Below, one piece after another: positions 13,203-28,777 of a DNA stretch of 64,000 nt. The stretch comes from Octopus vulgaris (taxonomy: Eukaryota), in NCBI GenBank assembly GCA_951406725.2, contig OX597827.1:60326001-60390000 (forward strand), read 5' to 3'. Positions within the stretch are counted from its first letter, which is position 1. Each line of letters opens with the position of its first letter. The position numbers and the translations under genes were made by a program. Below the pieces are notes generated by a model. It saw only the letters and a list, made by a program, of their open reading frames with translations, had not been told where the DNA came from and did not search any database.

Positions 13203-13865
13203 ATGATGGTGCTGGTGCTGGTGCTGGTGCTAGTGGTAGTGGTGTTTCTGTTGGTAGGGAGATCAGTTGTGTTGAGCTAGTTATGTTTGACGCGATCGTG
13301 GTGGTGGTGGCAGTGGTTGTGGTGGAGGTGGCAGTGGTTGTGGTGGTGGTGGTGGTGGTGGTGGTGGTGGTGGTGGTTGTGGTGGTGGTGGTGGTTGTGG
13401 TGGTGGTGGTGGTGATGGTGGTGGTGGTAGCGGCGGTGGTGGCGGTGGCAGTGGTGGTGGTGGCGGCGGCGGCGGCGGTGGTGGTGGCGATGGCAGTGGT
13501 GGTGGTGGTGGTGGTTGTGGTTGTGGTGGTGGTGGTGGTGCTTGTTGTTGTGTTGTTGGTGGTGGTGGTGCTGCTGCTTGTTGTTGTTGTTGTAGTGCTG
13601 GTGCTGGTGGTGGTGGCGGTGGTGGTGGTGGTGGTACTACTGCTGCTGCTGGTACTGGTGCTGGGGGTGCAGGTGGTGCAGGTGGTGCTGGTGGTGGTGG
13701 TGGTGGTGCTGGTGGTGGTGCTGGTGCTGGGGGTGCAGGTGGTGCTGGTGGTGCTGGTGCTGCTGCTGGTGGTGCTGGTGCTGCTGGTTTCGGTGCTGAT
13801 GGTGCTGGTGCTGGTGATGGTCCGATGGTGATGGTTGTCGTCGTCGTCGTCGTCGTGACGGTGGC
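10860..13865. repeat. ~3 kb compound trinucleotide low-complexity field (TAG, TGG, AAC, GAA, GGA, GAT, GCT, GTC)
   Basis: Successive triplet tracts are directly visible; the homopolymeric ORFs here are artefacts. Confidence 0.95.
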
Positions 13866-14146
13866 GAGGGGTGGGATAATTCTTTGATGGGAGGTGTGGT
13901 GTGACGTGGTGGTATGGATCTTGGTAGCAGTGGTAATTTTCATTGAGCTGATGTTGATTGTGATCATGTGATTGTTAGATTGTTAACTACACACGCACAC
14001 ACACGCACACACGCACACACACATACTACCAAACAACTAGGAATACACACACACACGCATAAGTAGAAATACATATTTCTCTTACAAGAACAATAGCCAC
14101 AAGCACACGTGCATGCGCACACATGCAGACAACCATATACACACAG

Positions 14147-14476
14147 ATGCGGCCACTCTGGGGCACCGCCTTTAGTCGAAGAAATCGATCCCAGGACTTA
14201 TTCTTTATAAATCTAGTAGTTATGCTATCGGTCTCTTTTGCCGAACCGCTAATGTAACAGGGATGTAAACACACCAACATCGGTTGTCAAGCGGGGATGA
14301 TGGGGACAAACACGGACACACAAACATATACATATATATACAACGGGTTTCTTTCAGTTTCCGTCTACCAAATCCACTCACAAGGATTTGGTCGACCCAA
14401 GGATAGGTAGAAGATACTTGCATAAGGTACAATTCAGTGGGACTGAACCCGAAGCCACGTGGTTGAGAAGCACAGT
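14147..14476 (-). mobile_element. SINE family A
   Basis: Reverse complement of the family A head, internal microsatellite and tail (GGGCACCGCCTTTAGTCG...TTTCAGTTTCCGTCTACCAAATCCACTCACAAG). Confidence 0.85.
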
Positions 14477-14477
14477 C

Positions 14478-14556
<79 letters not shown>

Positions 14557-14717
14557 ATCTTACGCAATTCTTAAGATATACAAATATACTACTTAAGTTT
14601 CATCCCAAGGTAGCTTGTTACGAATATAGAAATGTATATGTGCACATATATGTATATGTGTATTATGTGTGTGTGTTTGTGTGTGTGTGTGTGTGCGTGC
14701 CTGTGTGTGTACATGCG

Positions 14718-14761
<44 letters not shown>

Positions 14762-14948
14762 TGCGTATGTGTGTGTTTATGTGTGTGTATAGCTTTCGAT
14801 ATTTTCTTGCCAAAGGGGTTTAAGCCAATATTATTTATAACTTTTTATACTTTTAATTAAATTGTTAAAATAATATACATATATACGAACGGGAACGCGA
14901 AACTCTGAGTAACAGCTTTTGTGATGTCTTTGCAACTTATTAAATAAA

Positions 14949-14998
<50 letters not shown>

Positions 14999-15082
14999 CA
15001 ACAATTGAGGGTAAAATTAATTAATTATTAATCAATTTCACCAAGTGTTCAGTATGCAAAGGGACCATTTAAGGCGAATTCA

Positions 15083-15216
15083 AATTATTACATTATATAA
15101 AGGCTTAGTAAAATAAATTACTTTGCCGCATAAGTTTTTTAGCTGCTATTTCTAATGAGTTCAGTATGCGGCAAAGTAATTTATTTTACTAAGCCCTTTT
15201 ATATAATGTAATAATT
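15083..15216. repeat. ~50-bp inverted repeat with a 32-nt spacer, between (TA)n tracts
   Basis: AATTATTACATTATATAAAGGCTTAGTAAAATAAATTACTTTGCCGCATA (15083-15132) versus its reverse complement at 15165-15216. Confidence 0.9.
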
Positions 15217-15225
15217 ATATAATGT

Positions 15226-15301
<76 letters not shown>

Positions 15302-15404
15302 GAAAAATTTCGTTATAGGTATAAATATACCACAAACAAGTATTGAAAAATGTAGGAGACGAAGATGCTGAATCAAAATTAGATTTAATACAAAATTGGA
15401 TTCA

Positions 15405-15506
15405 ATACATACAGACGTTTCGAAAGACAATACAATTATGTAAGGAAAAATTATACTCATAGTAATTATAATTAAATTTATGCATTGTCATTCTCATCAG
15501 TATGAA
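15405..15506 (-). ncRNA. Minimal type-I hammerhead ribozyme with extended helix II
   Basis: Minus strand ATA CTGATGA GAATGACAATGCA...TGTATTGTCTTTC GAAAC GTC TGT; intact core, loopless palindromic helix III (ACGT), weak helix I. Confidence 0.6.
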
Positions 15507-16719
15507 GAATTTTTGGAAGGACATCAAAAGAAGGTTTAATAAAATAAAATAGAATAAAATAAGATACCATAAGGAAGAATACAGATGGAGTAATAAGGAA
15601 AATCGGATATTTACAAACAAGTTGTGTGTGTATATATAAAGTATAATTATAAAAATATAATGATAATAAAGGGCGCTGGAGGGACAGCACCTGTGCGCTA
15701 GAAATAGACGTAATATACATATATTTGAGGTGCAATATATGGAATCATAGAATCGTGTGGCTATCACAGCAAGTTCCTCTAGCAGACTTGGCTAACAGAT
15801 CACATAGTCATCCAATACAGAGGAGTATAATGCAGACTTCTATGCAGCTGAAATCCTAGTGATCCAATCGATGAAATTATTTCATGAGGAGTATATAAAA
15901 CATAGAAAATCAGGAGGTATGAGAGGTGAATATATGTTTAGATGATCATTTGATAGCCGTAGATTTACGGCCGTTTCGCAGTCTTCATCATGTAATAATA
16001 ATTTCAGTGTGTGATAAATTATTTTACAAGTCTGCACCAATATGCTTGCTAAACATTGTACAGTACAATTACACATTTACAAATCAATGCAGATGTAGAA
16101 GGCTAGCTCTTCAGATCACCTGAACATCACGTTACTCCGACGTTATATAACGTTGAAATTCCTGTCGCTGTTGAAGATAGGAAAAAACCAAATACTTCTT
16201 TGATATCTTTAATCACGATAGTATTTCCTTTCATTATTTGATAACATAATCCCATCTATGTGACAAACTATTGATCCCTCGGACATTAAATTCCAGTTTC
16301 AAAGCGAAGAACCACTTCACAATTATAAAAACTGCTTTCCCTCTAAATAATGTTGCAATGATCTTTAAAGATGATAGTCTGATAAAGCAAGGTCAAACAA
16401 ATGAGGAGGATGAGACAAAACTTCCATATTTAATGCCGCATCGTCTCCCGAGTCACTTAGATATTATCGTGTAAGAGTAACACCTCCTTAAGACTGATCA
16501 AAGCTTCCAATCAGACGAGAGGACGGTTGTTGAAGCTCTTCTGACATTTGCAATTGCTTCGCAAGAAGCACAAAGATGCACACTGTTGTTGTTGTTGTCG
16601 TTGTTGTTGTTGTTGTCGTCGTCGTTGTCGTTGTTGTTCTAGTTGTTGATGTCTTGTGCCCCTTTTTCTATTTCTGTTGTTATTCTTGGAAGTGTTAAAT
16701 CAAGTTTTGGTTTAACACT

Positions 16720-17448
16720 TCATGCTCACCAATCACCGAGCATAACTTATTTTCCAGTGTAGTCCTGGTTTAAGGATGGATTCACTATTTTCATTGTGTG
16801 CTAACCATTGTCCTTTTTCTTTATATACCGTTATAGGGAACCACTTCTTGTCGTTTGTGATGATGCTTCTCGGGAAAGGTTTTTGTAACAGTTCCAACGG
16901 CGAGCAGAGGGCATCACTTTAAGATTAGAAGCAATCAAATGAGATGAGACTCACTGACCAAGTTTGGGCACTTTTCCTGGTTCATTAAGGTGTTTTATGA
17001 TCGAAGTGAGACTTGAATTGAACTATTTTCTGAAGTTTGTTTTGGATTTTCGTCAACTACTGCTTTCAGACGCTCAATGTTGACAGAACTTGGTCGCCCA
17101 AATCGAGCAGAATCTGCGAGAGAAAAAATGCCTCAGTAAAACAGGCCAAATTATCTTTGGCATATCCAAACGCTTGAAGCTTCATTTTTTTTGTCGTTTC
17201 CATTGGTGAAGACCTCCAACTTTTGAATTCACACGGCATGCATTGGCTGGTATGGGACTGATCTAAAGTCCTTATAACAAGAGTAAAATCGATTCAAATT
17301 TAACTACTATGGCATAAAGTTATTTGCATAGAAAGAATAATAAACATGAGAATTTTAAAAATAATGCTCATATTACCGTAAGTATTGCAAAAGCCCCCTC
17401 AAAGTGATCCTGTCAAAATGCAATAGGACTTTTTCGCCAATCCTGTAT
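16720..17448 (-). pseudogene. Old, degenerate mariner transposase 5' half with TIR
   Basis: Minus strand FSLADSARFGRPSSVNIERLKAVVDENPKQT, HLNEPGKVPKLGQ*VS (WVPHEL region), KPGLHWK; TIR-like TATACAGGATTGGCGAAAAAGTCC at ~17425-17448. Confidence 0.6.
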
Positions 17449-17490
17449 ATATCAGATAATGTCACAGTTCTACTGACAGTTTCATGAAAA

Positions 17491-18053
17491 TATTGGGTTG
17501 TCCGGAAAGTTCGTGCCGATTTTTAAAAGAAAGAAAAAGGTCAATAAATATTTGCCATTACATTTTTAATCAACCAAATATGAACCATTTTGTTGCACAA
17601 TGCGTCTCCATCTTTCCTTTAACTTGAAAATACTCTCTTCCCAGAATTGAAGTAGTTTAATGGCAAAGAATTCATCAAGGTATCTTTTTACGTCATCCAA
17701 GGAATTGAAATTTTTACCATTAAGACTATTCTGCAGAGACCTGAATAAGTGGAAATCCGAAGGAGCAACATCTGGTGAGTATGAAGAGTGGCGTAACACA
17801 TCCCAGCCGAGCTGCAGCAATTTTTGTCTGGTTCCCAAAGCATCAAGTGCCGAAAATGAGCTTTCTTATCTTCAATTTTAAAGGGTTACAGAATTAACTC
17901 AGGTTATAGGAACATAAACCTTCTTCCACGAAAAGATAGCTTACTCTAAATGGAGGCGTAGTCAAATCCTATTTTATGGACTGAACCATGTTCTAAAATA
18001 AGTCGAAATGTAAGCTACAATAAATCGGCACGAACTTTCCGGACAACCCAATA
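17491..18053 (-). mobile_element. Internally deleted mariner (non-autonomous), copy 2
   Basis: Near-perfect TIRs TATTGGGTTGTCCGGAAAGTTCGTGCCGATTT / AAATCGGCACGAACTTTCCGGACAACCCAATA; ORF 17566-17838 has YSPDVAPSDFHLFRSLQNSL..RWRRIVQQNGSY. Confidence 0.92.
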
Positions 18054-18239
18054 CTTACGCATACTTAAATTCAAAAAACAACAATTTCATTTTTGTTTTT
18101 ATCTTTCTTTTTTTTTAGGCAGATGTACATTCAACATGCATGCATGCTTGCACATCAGCATCAGTTGCACCACGCTAGGTTTCGACATGTGTGCGCTTTC
18201 ATTCACACACATATTGATGTGTGTGGAGGAATTCGATGC

Positions 18240-21020
<2,781 letters not shown>

Positions 21021-21029
21021 TCCCAACAA

Positions 21030-21108
21030 CATTGTTTTCTACCATAGATTCAGACCGACCACAGCATTGTGAGTGGATTTGGTAGACGGAAACCGAAAGA
21101 AACCCGTC

Positions 21109-21163
<55 letters not shown>

Positions 21164-21390
21164 TGTGTCTGTTTGTGTGTCTGTTTGCTCCCCACACCAC
21201 CACCACCATCGCTTGACAACTGATGCTGGTGTGTTTACGTCTCCGTAACCTAGCGGTTCAGCTAAAGTGCCCGATAAAATAAATGCTAGGCTTACAAAGA
21301 ATAAACCCTAGGGTCGATTTGTTTGACTAAAGTCGGTGCTCCAGCATGACCGCAGCCAAATTACTAAAACAAACAGAAGAATAAAAGAAT
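21030..21390 (+). mobile_element. SINE family A, 5'-truncated, with internal (TG)n
   Basis: TTGTGAGTGGATTTGGTAGACGGAAACCGAAAGAAACCCGTCG-(TG)n-CGCTTGACAACTGATGCTGGTGTGTTTACG...GGTGCTCCAGCATGACCGCAG. Confidence 0.85.
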
Positions 21391-21526
21391 ATATATATAT
21401 ATTCATATACACACTCGTATACATATACACACATATGTATTTATATATATGTGTGTGTGTACATTTATGTATGTACGAATAGATATATGTAGTATGTATG
21501 CATGTCTGTGTGTATATATATATATA

Positions 21527-21760
21527 TAGTGAGAATTTACAAAAAAGAAACAAAGGACAAAGACGGGTGTGTAAACAACAACTAGATGTATTAGTTTAAC
21601 GGTCGGGAAGTGAGAAAGTATTTTATGTTTCGAGCCTACGCTCTTCGACGGAAAGGAACACAGAAATAAACAGGGAGAGAAAATAGAAAAAAAGTATAGT
21701 GGCTAGCGACCTATCATGGCGAATGCCGGACAGTGGGATCACACAGGAGAGCTAGGAAGA
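21527..21760 (-). mobile_element. Probable Penelope-like terminal-repeat remnant carrying a variant HHR motif
   Basis: Homologous to 4891-5063; minus strand CTTT CCGTCGA A GAGC GTAG GCTC GAAAC ATA at ~21621-21655; abuts (TA)n. Confidence 0.5.
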
Positions 21761-21837
21761 AGGAGAGATAATAAAGTACTGGTGATTCCAAAACGTGGGT
21801 GAGTGTATATGTATGTTTATATGAGTGTATATGAGTC

Positions 21838-22234
21838 CATTATCACTAAAGATTTGGGTATGAGAGGCGTGTCTGCTAAGTTTATGCCAAAACTGCTTTC
21901 AGCTGACCAAAAAGACCCTCGGGTGCATAAGACCTCCTTGATTGTGTTGAGAGTGGTGAAAACTTTTTGAAAACTTTGTGTGGGCCTCTTAGCAGATATC
22001 ACCAAGGGTTTGGTAAAATTTGATACAGGTTCTCTGCTCAACTTTCTCTGTCATATTCAATGCGACGGTCACACGCTACACACCTTCCTTCCCAGCACTG
22101 CTGTAAACAGCGGGAGTGAGCTAGAACGTTAAAACAGAGTTCAAGGTCAAGCTGTGCCAAGCAGCTTTACGCTACAATCTTTAGCTACATTACTATGGCA
22201 ACAGTCCGGATACTTATTGATTGAACCGCGTATA
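21838..22234. mobile_element. Mariner fragments
   Basis: Plus-strand peptide IITKDLGMRGVSAKFMPKLLSADQKD (WVPK/R-like helix region); TIR-like CAGTCCGGATACTTATTGATTGAACCGCGTATA at ~22202-22234. Confidence 0.5.
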
Positions 22235-22911
22235 TCCCCATCAAGAGGAAGAGGCGAACGATATAATACTCGAAGATGAGTTAACGCCGACGAGACGACG
22301 AATATATACACACACAAATTTGAATAAAAGTGTATGTATATATATGTATTGCTAGCAACAGGATATTATGTTTTGCATGAGTGTGTGTGTGTGTGAGGTT
22401 GTGTGTGTATGTGTGTGTGTGGAAGTATATGTAAGCGTGTGCGTGAGTACAGGCGGGAACATCTTCCTATATGTTTCAGCGAACGCATATGCGCATGTAT
22501 CTAAAACGTAAGTGTTCGTGCATGCATGTGTGTGTATGTTGTATGTGTTTGTGTGTGTGATTGTGTGAGTGAGCGTCTGTGTGTGTGTGTGTGTGTGTGT
22601 GTTTGTGAGTGCGCGTGAGAGTGTGTATGAGTGCGTGCGTTTAGGTGAAAGTTTGCGCTACTTCACTTCAATCTGCGAAGCTCATCAATCACTTGTTTCT
22701 TATACCCAATTTTTCTTTCAACCATCTCTCACAAACGCACACACGCACACATACACACACACACGCACACACACGCACGCGCGCAAACACAAACTCAAAC
22801 AGTGTAGTACTCACCAAGGCACATAAAGACAGTCGCAGATCTGCATATAATACACACACATCTATAATTAAAGAAATACACACAATTTATAGAAATAACC
22901 ATATATATATG

Positions 22912-22975
<64 letters not shown>

Positions 22976-23042
22976 TGTATATGTATATGAGTGTGCGTGT
23001 ATGTGTGTATATATATACACACACACAGTATATATATACATA

Positions 23043-23437
23043 TAGAGTGGCTATATGGTAAGTAGCTTGCTTACCAACCACATGGTTCCGGGTTCAGTCC
23101 CACAGAGTGGCACCTTGAGCGAGTGTCTTCTACTATAGCCTCGGGCCGACCAAAGCCTTGTGAGTGGATTTGGTAGACGGAAACTGAAAGAAGCCCGTCG
23201 TATATATGTATATGTATATATTTGTATGTGTGTCTGTGCTTGTCCCCACCACCACCATCGGTTGACAACCGATGTTGGTGTGTTTACATCCCCGTAACTT
23301 AACGGTTCGGCAATAGAGACCGATAGAATAAGTACTAGGCATACAAAGAATAAATCCTGGGGTCGATTTTTTTAACTAAAGACGGTGCTCCAGCATGGCC
23401 GTAGTTAAATGACTGAAACAATTAAAAGAATAAAAGA
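23043..23437 (+). mobile_element. SINE family A, near full length
   Basis: GAGTGGCTATATGGTAAGTAGCTTGCTTACCAACCACATGGTTCCGGGTTCAGTCCC head (A/B-box-like), internal microsatellite, tail ending TGACTGAAACAATTAAAAGAATAAAAG. Confidence 0.9.
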
Positions 23438-23480
23438 ATATATATTTACATATATATATATATACGCGCGCACACACGTA

Positions 23481-23558
<78 letters not shown>

Positions 23559-23739
23559 TTTATATATTACGAATATATATATGTAGTGTGTATGCATATG
23601 TGCATATATATAAATAGATAGATAGATTGATAGATAGATAGATACATACATACATACATACATATTTATATCTATATATTATACATTATGTATATATATA
23701 CACATATACATATACATGCATATTTATATGCTTCCATGT

Positions 23740-24470
23740 GTACAATTAGATATACGCCTGTTATTTGTAGAACACTTTGCTTATTGATATACAGGGTAAA
23801 TCCTGGGAAAATGTATGATAAACACATGATACGAAAACCGAAACACACTCACGATAAGTTAAATAGTCTCCCATATCTCTCAACACACAATCCAAGAAAT
23901 GCAGAATCTTACACAATTATATACAAGAACATCCCACTACTGTGTCAAGATCCAGTCTAAAAAAAGCACTCGAACTCCTTAAAATAATAAAAAGCAAAAG
24001 ACAACCCAAATCCTTAAAAAAAGCTACTCACCAATGCAGAATTACCCAACACAAGCCCACCACCTACCATCAAAATATGTGGTCGTTCCAACTGCAGAAC
24101 TTGCATCCACCTTATTAAATGAACAATATACAAATTCCAGTCTGGACACACTTTTGTCGTAAAAAATAACATCACCTGCGCGTCAAAAAATTTACTTTAT
24201 GCCATAAGGTGTGAAGGGTGCCACAAAGATTTCATAGGGCAAATGAGCCTTACCCTCGGAGAAAAGAAGACAGTTCACCGTCAACAATTGAGGGATCCCA
24301 CCACAAGACAGATACCACTTAGTAGTCACTTAGATCTCTGTGCACAAAACAAGTCCCCCAAATTCCTAGTTTTCCCACTATACCAATGCCCAGACAACAC
24401 CACTGACCAAACACGAATAAAAAAGGGAAAATAATCTTATTAAAAAATACAGACCACAACTCAACATACT
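23740..24470 (+). pseudogene. Penelope-like retroelement 3' ORF remnant (Cys-rich linker plus GIY-YIG endonuclease)
   Basis: Across frameshifts: LPYLSTHNPRN..IIKSKRQPKSLKKLLTNA..KICGRSNCRTCIHL..NITCASKNLLYAIRCEGCHKDFIGQMSLTL..HRQQLRD..PLSSHLDLC, matching the PLE NxIY..CxxC..YIGET..R..H pattern. Confidence 0.8.
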
Positions 24471-24474
24471 CTAA

Positions 24475-24877
24475 CATACACCACCGCCAAGGTACACACC
24501 CACAATAAACACACAGAAACACATACAGATGTACAAAATCACACATAAATACAATGCAAACCCCCCACGCAAACACACACATACATATACACACACTCAC
24601 AAACACAATATCCCCATACTAGAGCACAAACCCACACACATTCCAAGAAAAAACACATACATATATACACTTGCAATACGATTCTACCAGCCATAACCAA
24701 CACTTACACACACACATATACACATACATAAACACGTACATGCTCACACCTACACACACCACCCTGACAATTACAAATCACATTCACACAAACACACCCA
24801 TATATACACATACACAAACACACCCACGCAAATACAACACAATCCCCCACACACACACATACACACACTCATATATG

Positions 24878-24912
<35 letters not shown>

Positions 24913-25945
24913 GATACGCCCGTTCCCCAGTAAAAATCACACACACACGCGCGCAAAAGAAAAACACACATATACATGCAATGCAATCCCATCAATCACA
25001 ACAAACACTCACAAACACACCCACACGTATACACACATACTGCATTACCAATACAAACAAAACAAATCACTCACAAATACAGCACACACACACACACACA
25101 CGGAAACTACATAAACAATGCCCACATATATACACACACACAAACGCATATCCAGTACCAACATGCACAGAAAGTACACACACACACATATACACCACCC
25201 GGATAAACCCAACACACACGGATACACACAGAGACCCTGATAAATACAACACACTCACACACACATACACAACCACACATACCCACACACACACACACAC
25301 ACATACATATGCACCCGCACACATATACGGTTGCTCACACACACACCACAAGGACAATTATAACAACACAAACATACCCAAACCGAGACACACACACTCG
25401 CGTATACACACATAACAACCCCACCAACACAAAACACACAAACATATACATGCAGCCGCAGACGCACACAAACACACATGCGAACAAACACATACACGCA
25501 CATGCTCACACACGACACCCTGACAGATACCACTCACACACACACAACCAGTACAATTATAACAACACAAACTTACTTAGACAGAGACACACACACACTC
25601 ATGTACACACACATATCATCCCCACCAACACAAAACACACAAACATGCATACGAACACTCAGACGCACACATACACACAGGTGAATAAACACATACACAC
25701 ACACACACATGCGCATACACAACACCCTCACAAATACTAATCACACACAGACACACACACACACACACAAACGTGCATACATATACACACACCATCCTAC
25801 CAAATACAAAACACACACAGACCCATATACACACGCCACAATAAACTCTGGAACCAATCAAATATGGCCCACACGGACAAACACAGCACATGTATATACA
25901 CACATAGAGACGTGCACAGAGACACACACACACACACTCACACCA
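24475..25945. repeat. Degenerate CA-rich region with an internal ~200-bp tandem duplication
   Basis: ACAATTATAACAACACAAAC...CCCCACCAACACAAAACACACAAACAT recurs at ~25354 and ~25553. Confidence 0.75.
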
Positions 25946-26364
25946 TTCTGACCTCTAAGACCAGTCCCAAAAACCAGTGAACCATGACAGACTAGCCCAG
26001 AAACAAAAAAAAATCCTTTTGATTCCACATTGCTCTCCCTCTCACCAACACTGTCCCTTAAAATAGCAAACATTCCTTAGCTACACACAAGACAGAAAAT
26101 GTCAGAAAGACAGGTCATTTCCTCTCCAATTTTTTGTAAATTCTTAAATATATCTCCTTCTGTCTATATATATATACTACCAAACAAACATGATTTTTAT
26201 TTGAGTTTTTTGTTGTCCCGTTCTGAATACTTTCTTAAATACTTTCTTGTAAACTGCTTTTAACATTTTCTTATTATTATCAAAGAATGTGTAACTGTAT
26301 TTTAATACTTTTGTGATAACCATTACTTAACACAACAAAGCTTATACAAAGCTTTACATTTTAC

Positions 26365-26403
26365 TTTTGACAATCTTTTTCTAAAAAAGTGAAACTAGTC
26401 AAT
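26365..26403 (+). ncRNA. Degenerate HHR motif in the putative pseudo-LTR downstream of the Penelope-like ORF
   Basis: TTGACAA TCTTTT TCTA AAAAAG T GAAAC TA GTC; palindromic ACTAGT helix III; CUGANGA box mutated. Confidence 0.45.
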
Positions 26404-26486
26404 CAATAAACATCATTAAAATTGCATTTTCAAACATTCTTTCACATGTATATCTACTCGTGCGGTAGCTTACAACTTTACTTTGT

Positions 26487-26594
<108 letters not shown>

Positions 26595-28450
26595 GTGTCA
26601 CCACTCCTCTTTTGTTTAGCCTTAATACCTCTCTCAAAACTGCTCAATGACGCGCAGTACGGGTATAAAATGTTTGATAAAAATATAAATCATCTCATTT
26701 ACATGGATGATTTAAAGCTTTTTGCAAAAAATGACCAACAACTCAAGGGCTTACTAACGATAGTCAAACAATTCAGTGACGACATCAGAATGCAATGTGG
26801 CCTCGATAAATGTGCAAAATGACAGAAACATCTAACGTTAACCTTGACCAGCAGAATGTCATAAAAGAACTAGACCCAGCGGAGAGCTACAAGTACCTAG
26901 GGGTAATTGAAAAGGACGGAATAAGGCATTCAGAAATGAAGGAAAGGATCAGGAGAGAATGTTATCGAAGAGTGAGAGCAATACTCAAGACAGAGCTGAA
27001 TGCAAGAAACAGGATCGAAGCGATCAATGCATTAGCCATACCAATCGTGACTTACAGTTTCAATATCGTTAACTGGTCAATTACTGAAATATGTCAGCTT
27101 GACAGAAAAATACGAAAACTGTTGACAATGCATAGAATGCACCACCCTAAGGCAGATACAGAACGACTTTATCTGCCAAGAAAAGAGGGAAGCCGTGGTC
27201 TTTTACAACTGGCAATAACAATGAAGATTGCTACAATTGGCCTAGACACCTACCTGAAAAAGTCTGAGGACTGGATGTTAAAATTTGTCTCAAAACATGA
27301 AAACAAGAAAGCATCATACTCAGTAACAAAACAGGCAAAGGAATATCCAAGTGAATTCCGAATACAACAAATTTCGGAATTAGAGATAGACATACAAGAA
27401 ACAAGCACAGAAAAAGCTAAGCGCATGAAAACCCGTGCCAAAACTGCGGCCTTAGATATTCTGAATAATAAATGGCAAGAAAAACCTCCCTATGGCAAAT
27501 ACCCAAAGAGAGCGAATAATGCAGATATTGACAAAGCCCTGACCCATCAATGGCTAATGGCCTCTGGCTTAAAATCTGAAACAGAAGGGTTTATCATAGC
27601 AGCTCAAGATCAATGCTTACCAACAAGAAACTACCAGGCCAACATATTAAAGAACGGCAGTAGCCCAACATGTCGTGTATGTCGACAACAAAATGAAACC
27701 ATTGATCATGTTGTCTCCAAATGCAGTCTTCTAGCGCCTACAGAGTACCTCAACAGGCATGACAAAGCTGCCCAATATATTCACTGGGTAATTTGCAAAA
27801 ACCTGAATTTGCCCCATGAAAAAAACTGGTGGGAATACAATCCACCTCCTGTGTTTGAAAATGACCACATCTCACTCCTCTGGAACTTCACCATTCAAAC
27901 TGACAGAAAGATAGATGCAAATAGGCCAGACATCATATTGAAAGACTTCAGACAAAGAACATGCCTCCTCATTGATATGACTGTCCCAATCGATATAAAC
28001 GTATCTGTCAAGACCTACCAAAAACTGAGCAAATACTTGAAATAGAAATCAGCAAAATGTGGAACCTGAAGACTAAAACAATACCTGTTGTCATAGGTGC
28101 CCTGGGAATGATAGCGAAAGGGGCTGATTGCTACCTAACTCAGATACCAGGAAACCCCAAAATGGCAGAAATTCAAAAGATAGTGCTCATGGGAACTGCT
28201 CATATCCTACGCAAAATACTCTCTATGTAATCCCAAGGTTTATAACGAACTTTTTTAAAAAATTTATTTATTAGACATTCACTAGTACAACACCAAAAAG
28301 AAAAAAAGGGAAAAAAAGAAAAAAAAACTAAATATATGGCACACTAGGCATAACAACAACGTGAACTTCCAACCTGTTGTCTCTTGAGGTCTCTGGGTGA
28401 GACTTGGAGCCAACTTGTACAAACATAAAGCAAAAGTCAAACATAGAAAA
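26595..28450 (+). mobile_element. R4/Dong-clade non-LTR retrotransposon, 5'-truncated (RT C-half, CCHC, restriction-like endonuclease)
   Basis: SPLLFCLALIPLS, HLIYMDDLKL (RT), CRVCRQQNETIDHVVSKC (CCHC), RPDIILKD..LLIDMT..KLSKY (PD-(D/E)xK); frameshifts near 26820 and 28035, stop at 28228-28230; TAA arrays on both sides. Confidence 0.88.
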
Positions 28451-28471
28451 ATAATAATAATAGTAATAGTA

Positions 28472-28535
<64 letters not shown>

Positions 28536-28567
28536 TGATGATGATGATGATTATGATGATTATGATG

Positions 28568-28599
<32 letters not shown>

Positions 28600-28777
28600 T
28601 TTTTATGATTAATATCAGGAAATCAATATTAGAAAATTCTTCAGAAAGATATACACATGTGTAAAATAATTGTTGTATTAGAAATATAAATATGTATAAA
28701 TATATATGTAAATATGTAATAAGTATAAATACATAATGTATATGACAGCTTAAAAGTTTTGAATTAAGCATTTAAAG

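Noticed and set aside
13281-13967. Proline-rich 228-aa ORF resembling extensin or formin FH1, plus neighbouring poly-S/H/R ORFs
   Set aside because: Arises from (GGT)n/(GCT)n tracts open in several frames on both strands; no flanking domain or splice support
24110-24130. In-frame TGA in the Penelope-like ORF as possible selenocysteine (as in Naiad PLEs)
   Set aside because: It does not fall at a conserved Cys position, the Cys motifs use TGT/TGC, and the ORF has other frameshifts, so decay is simpler
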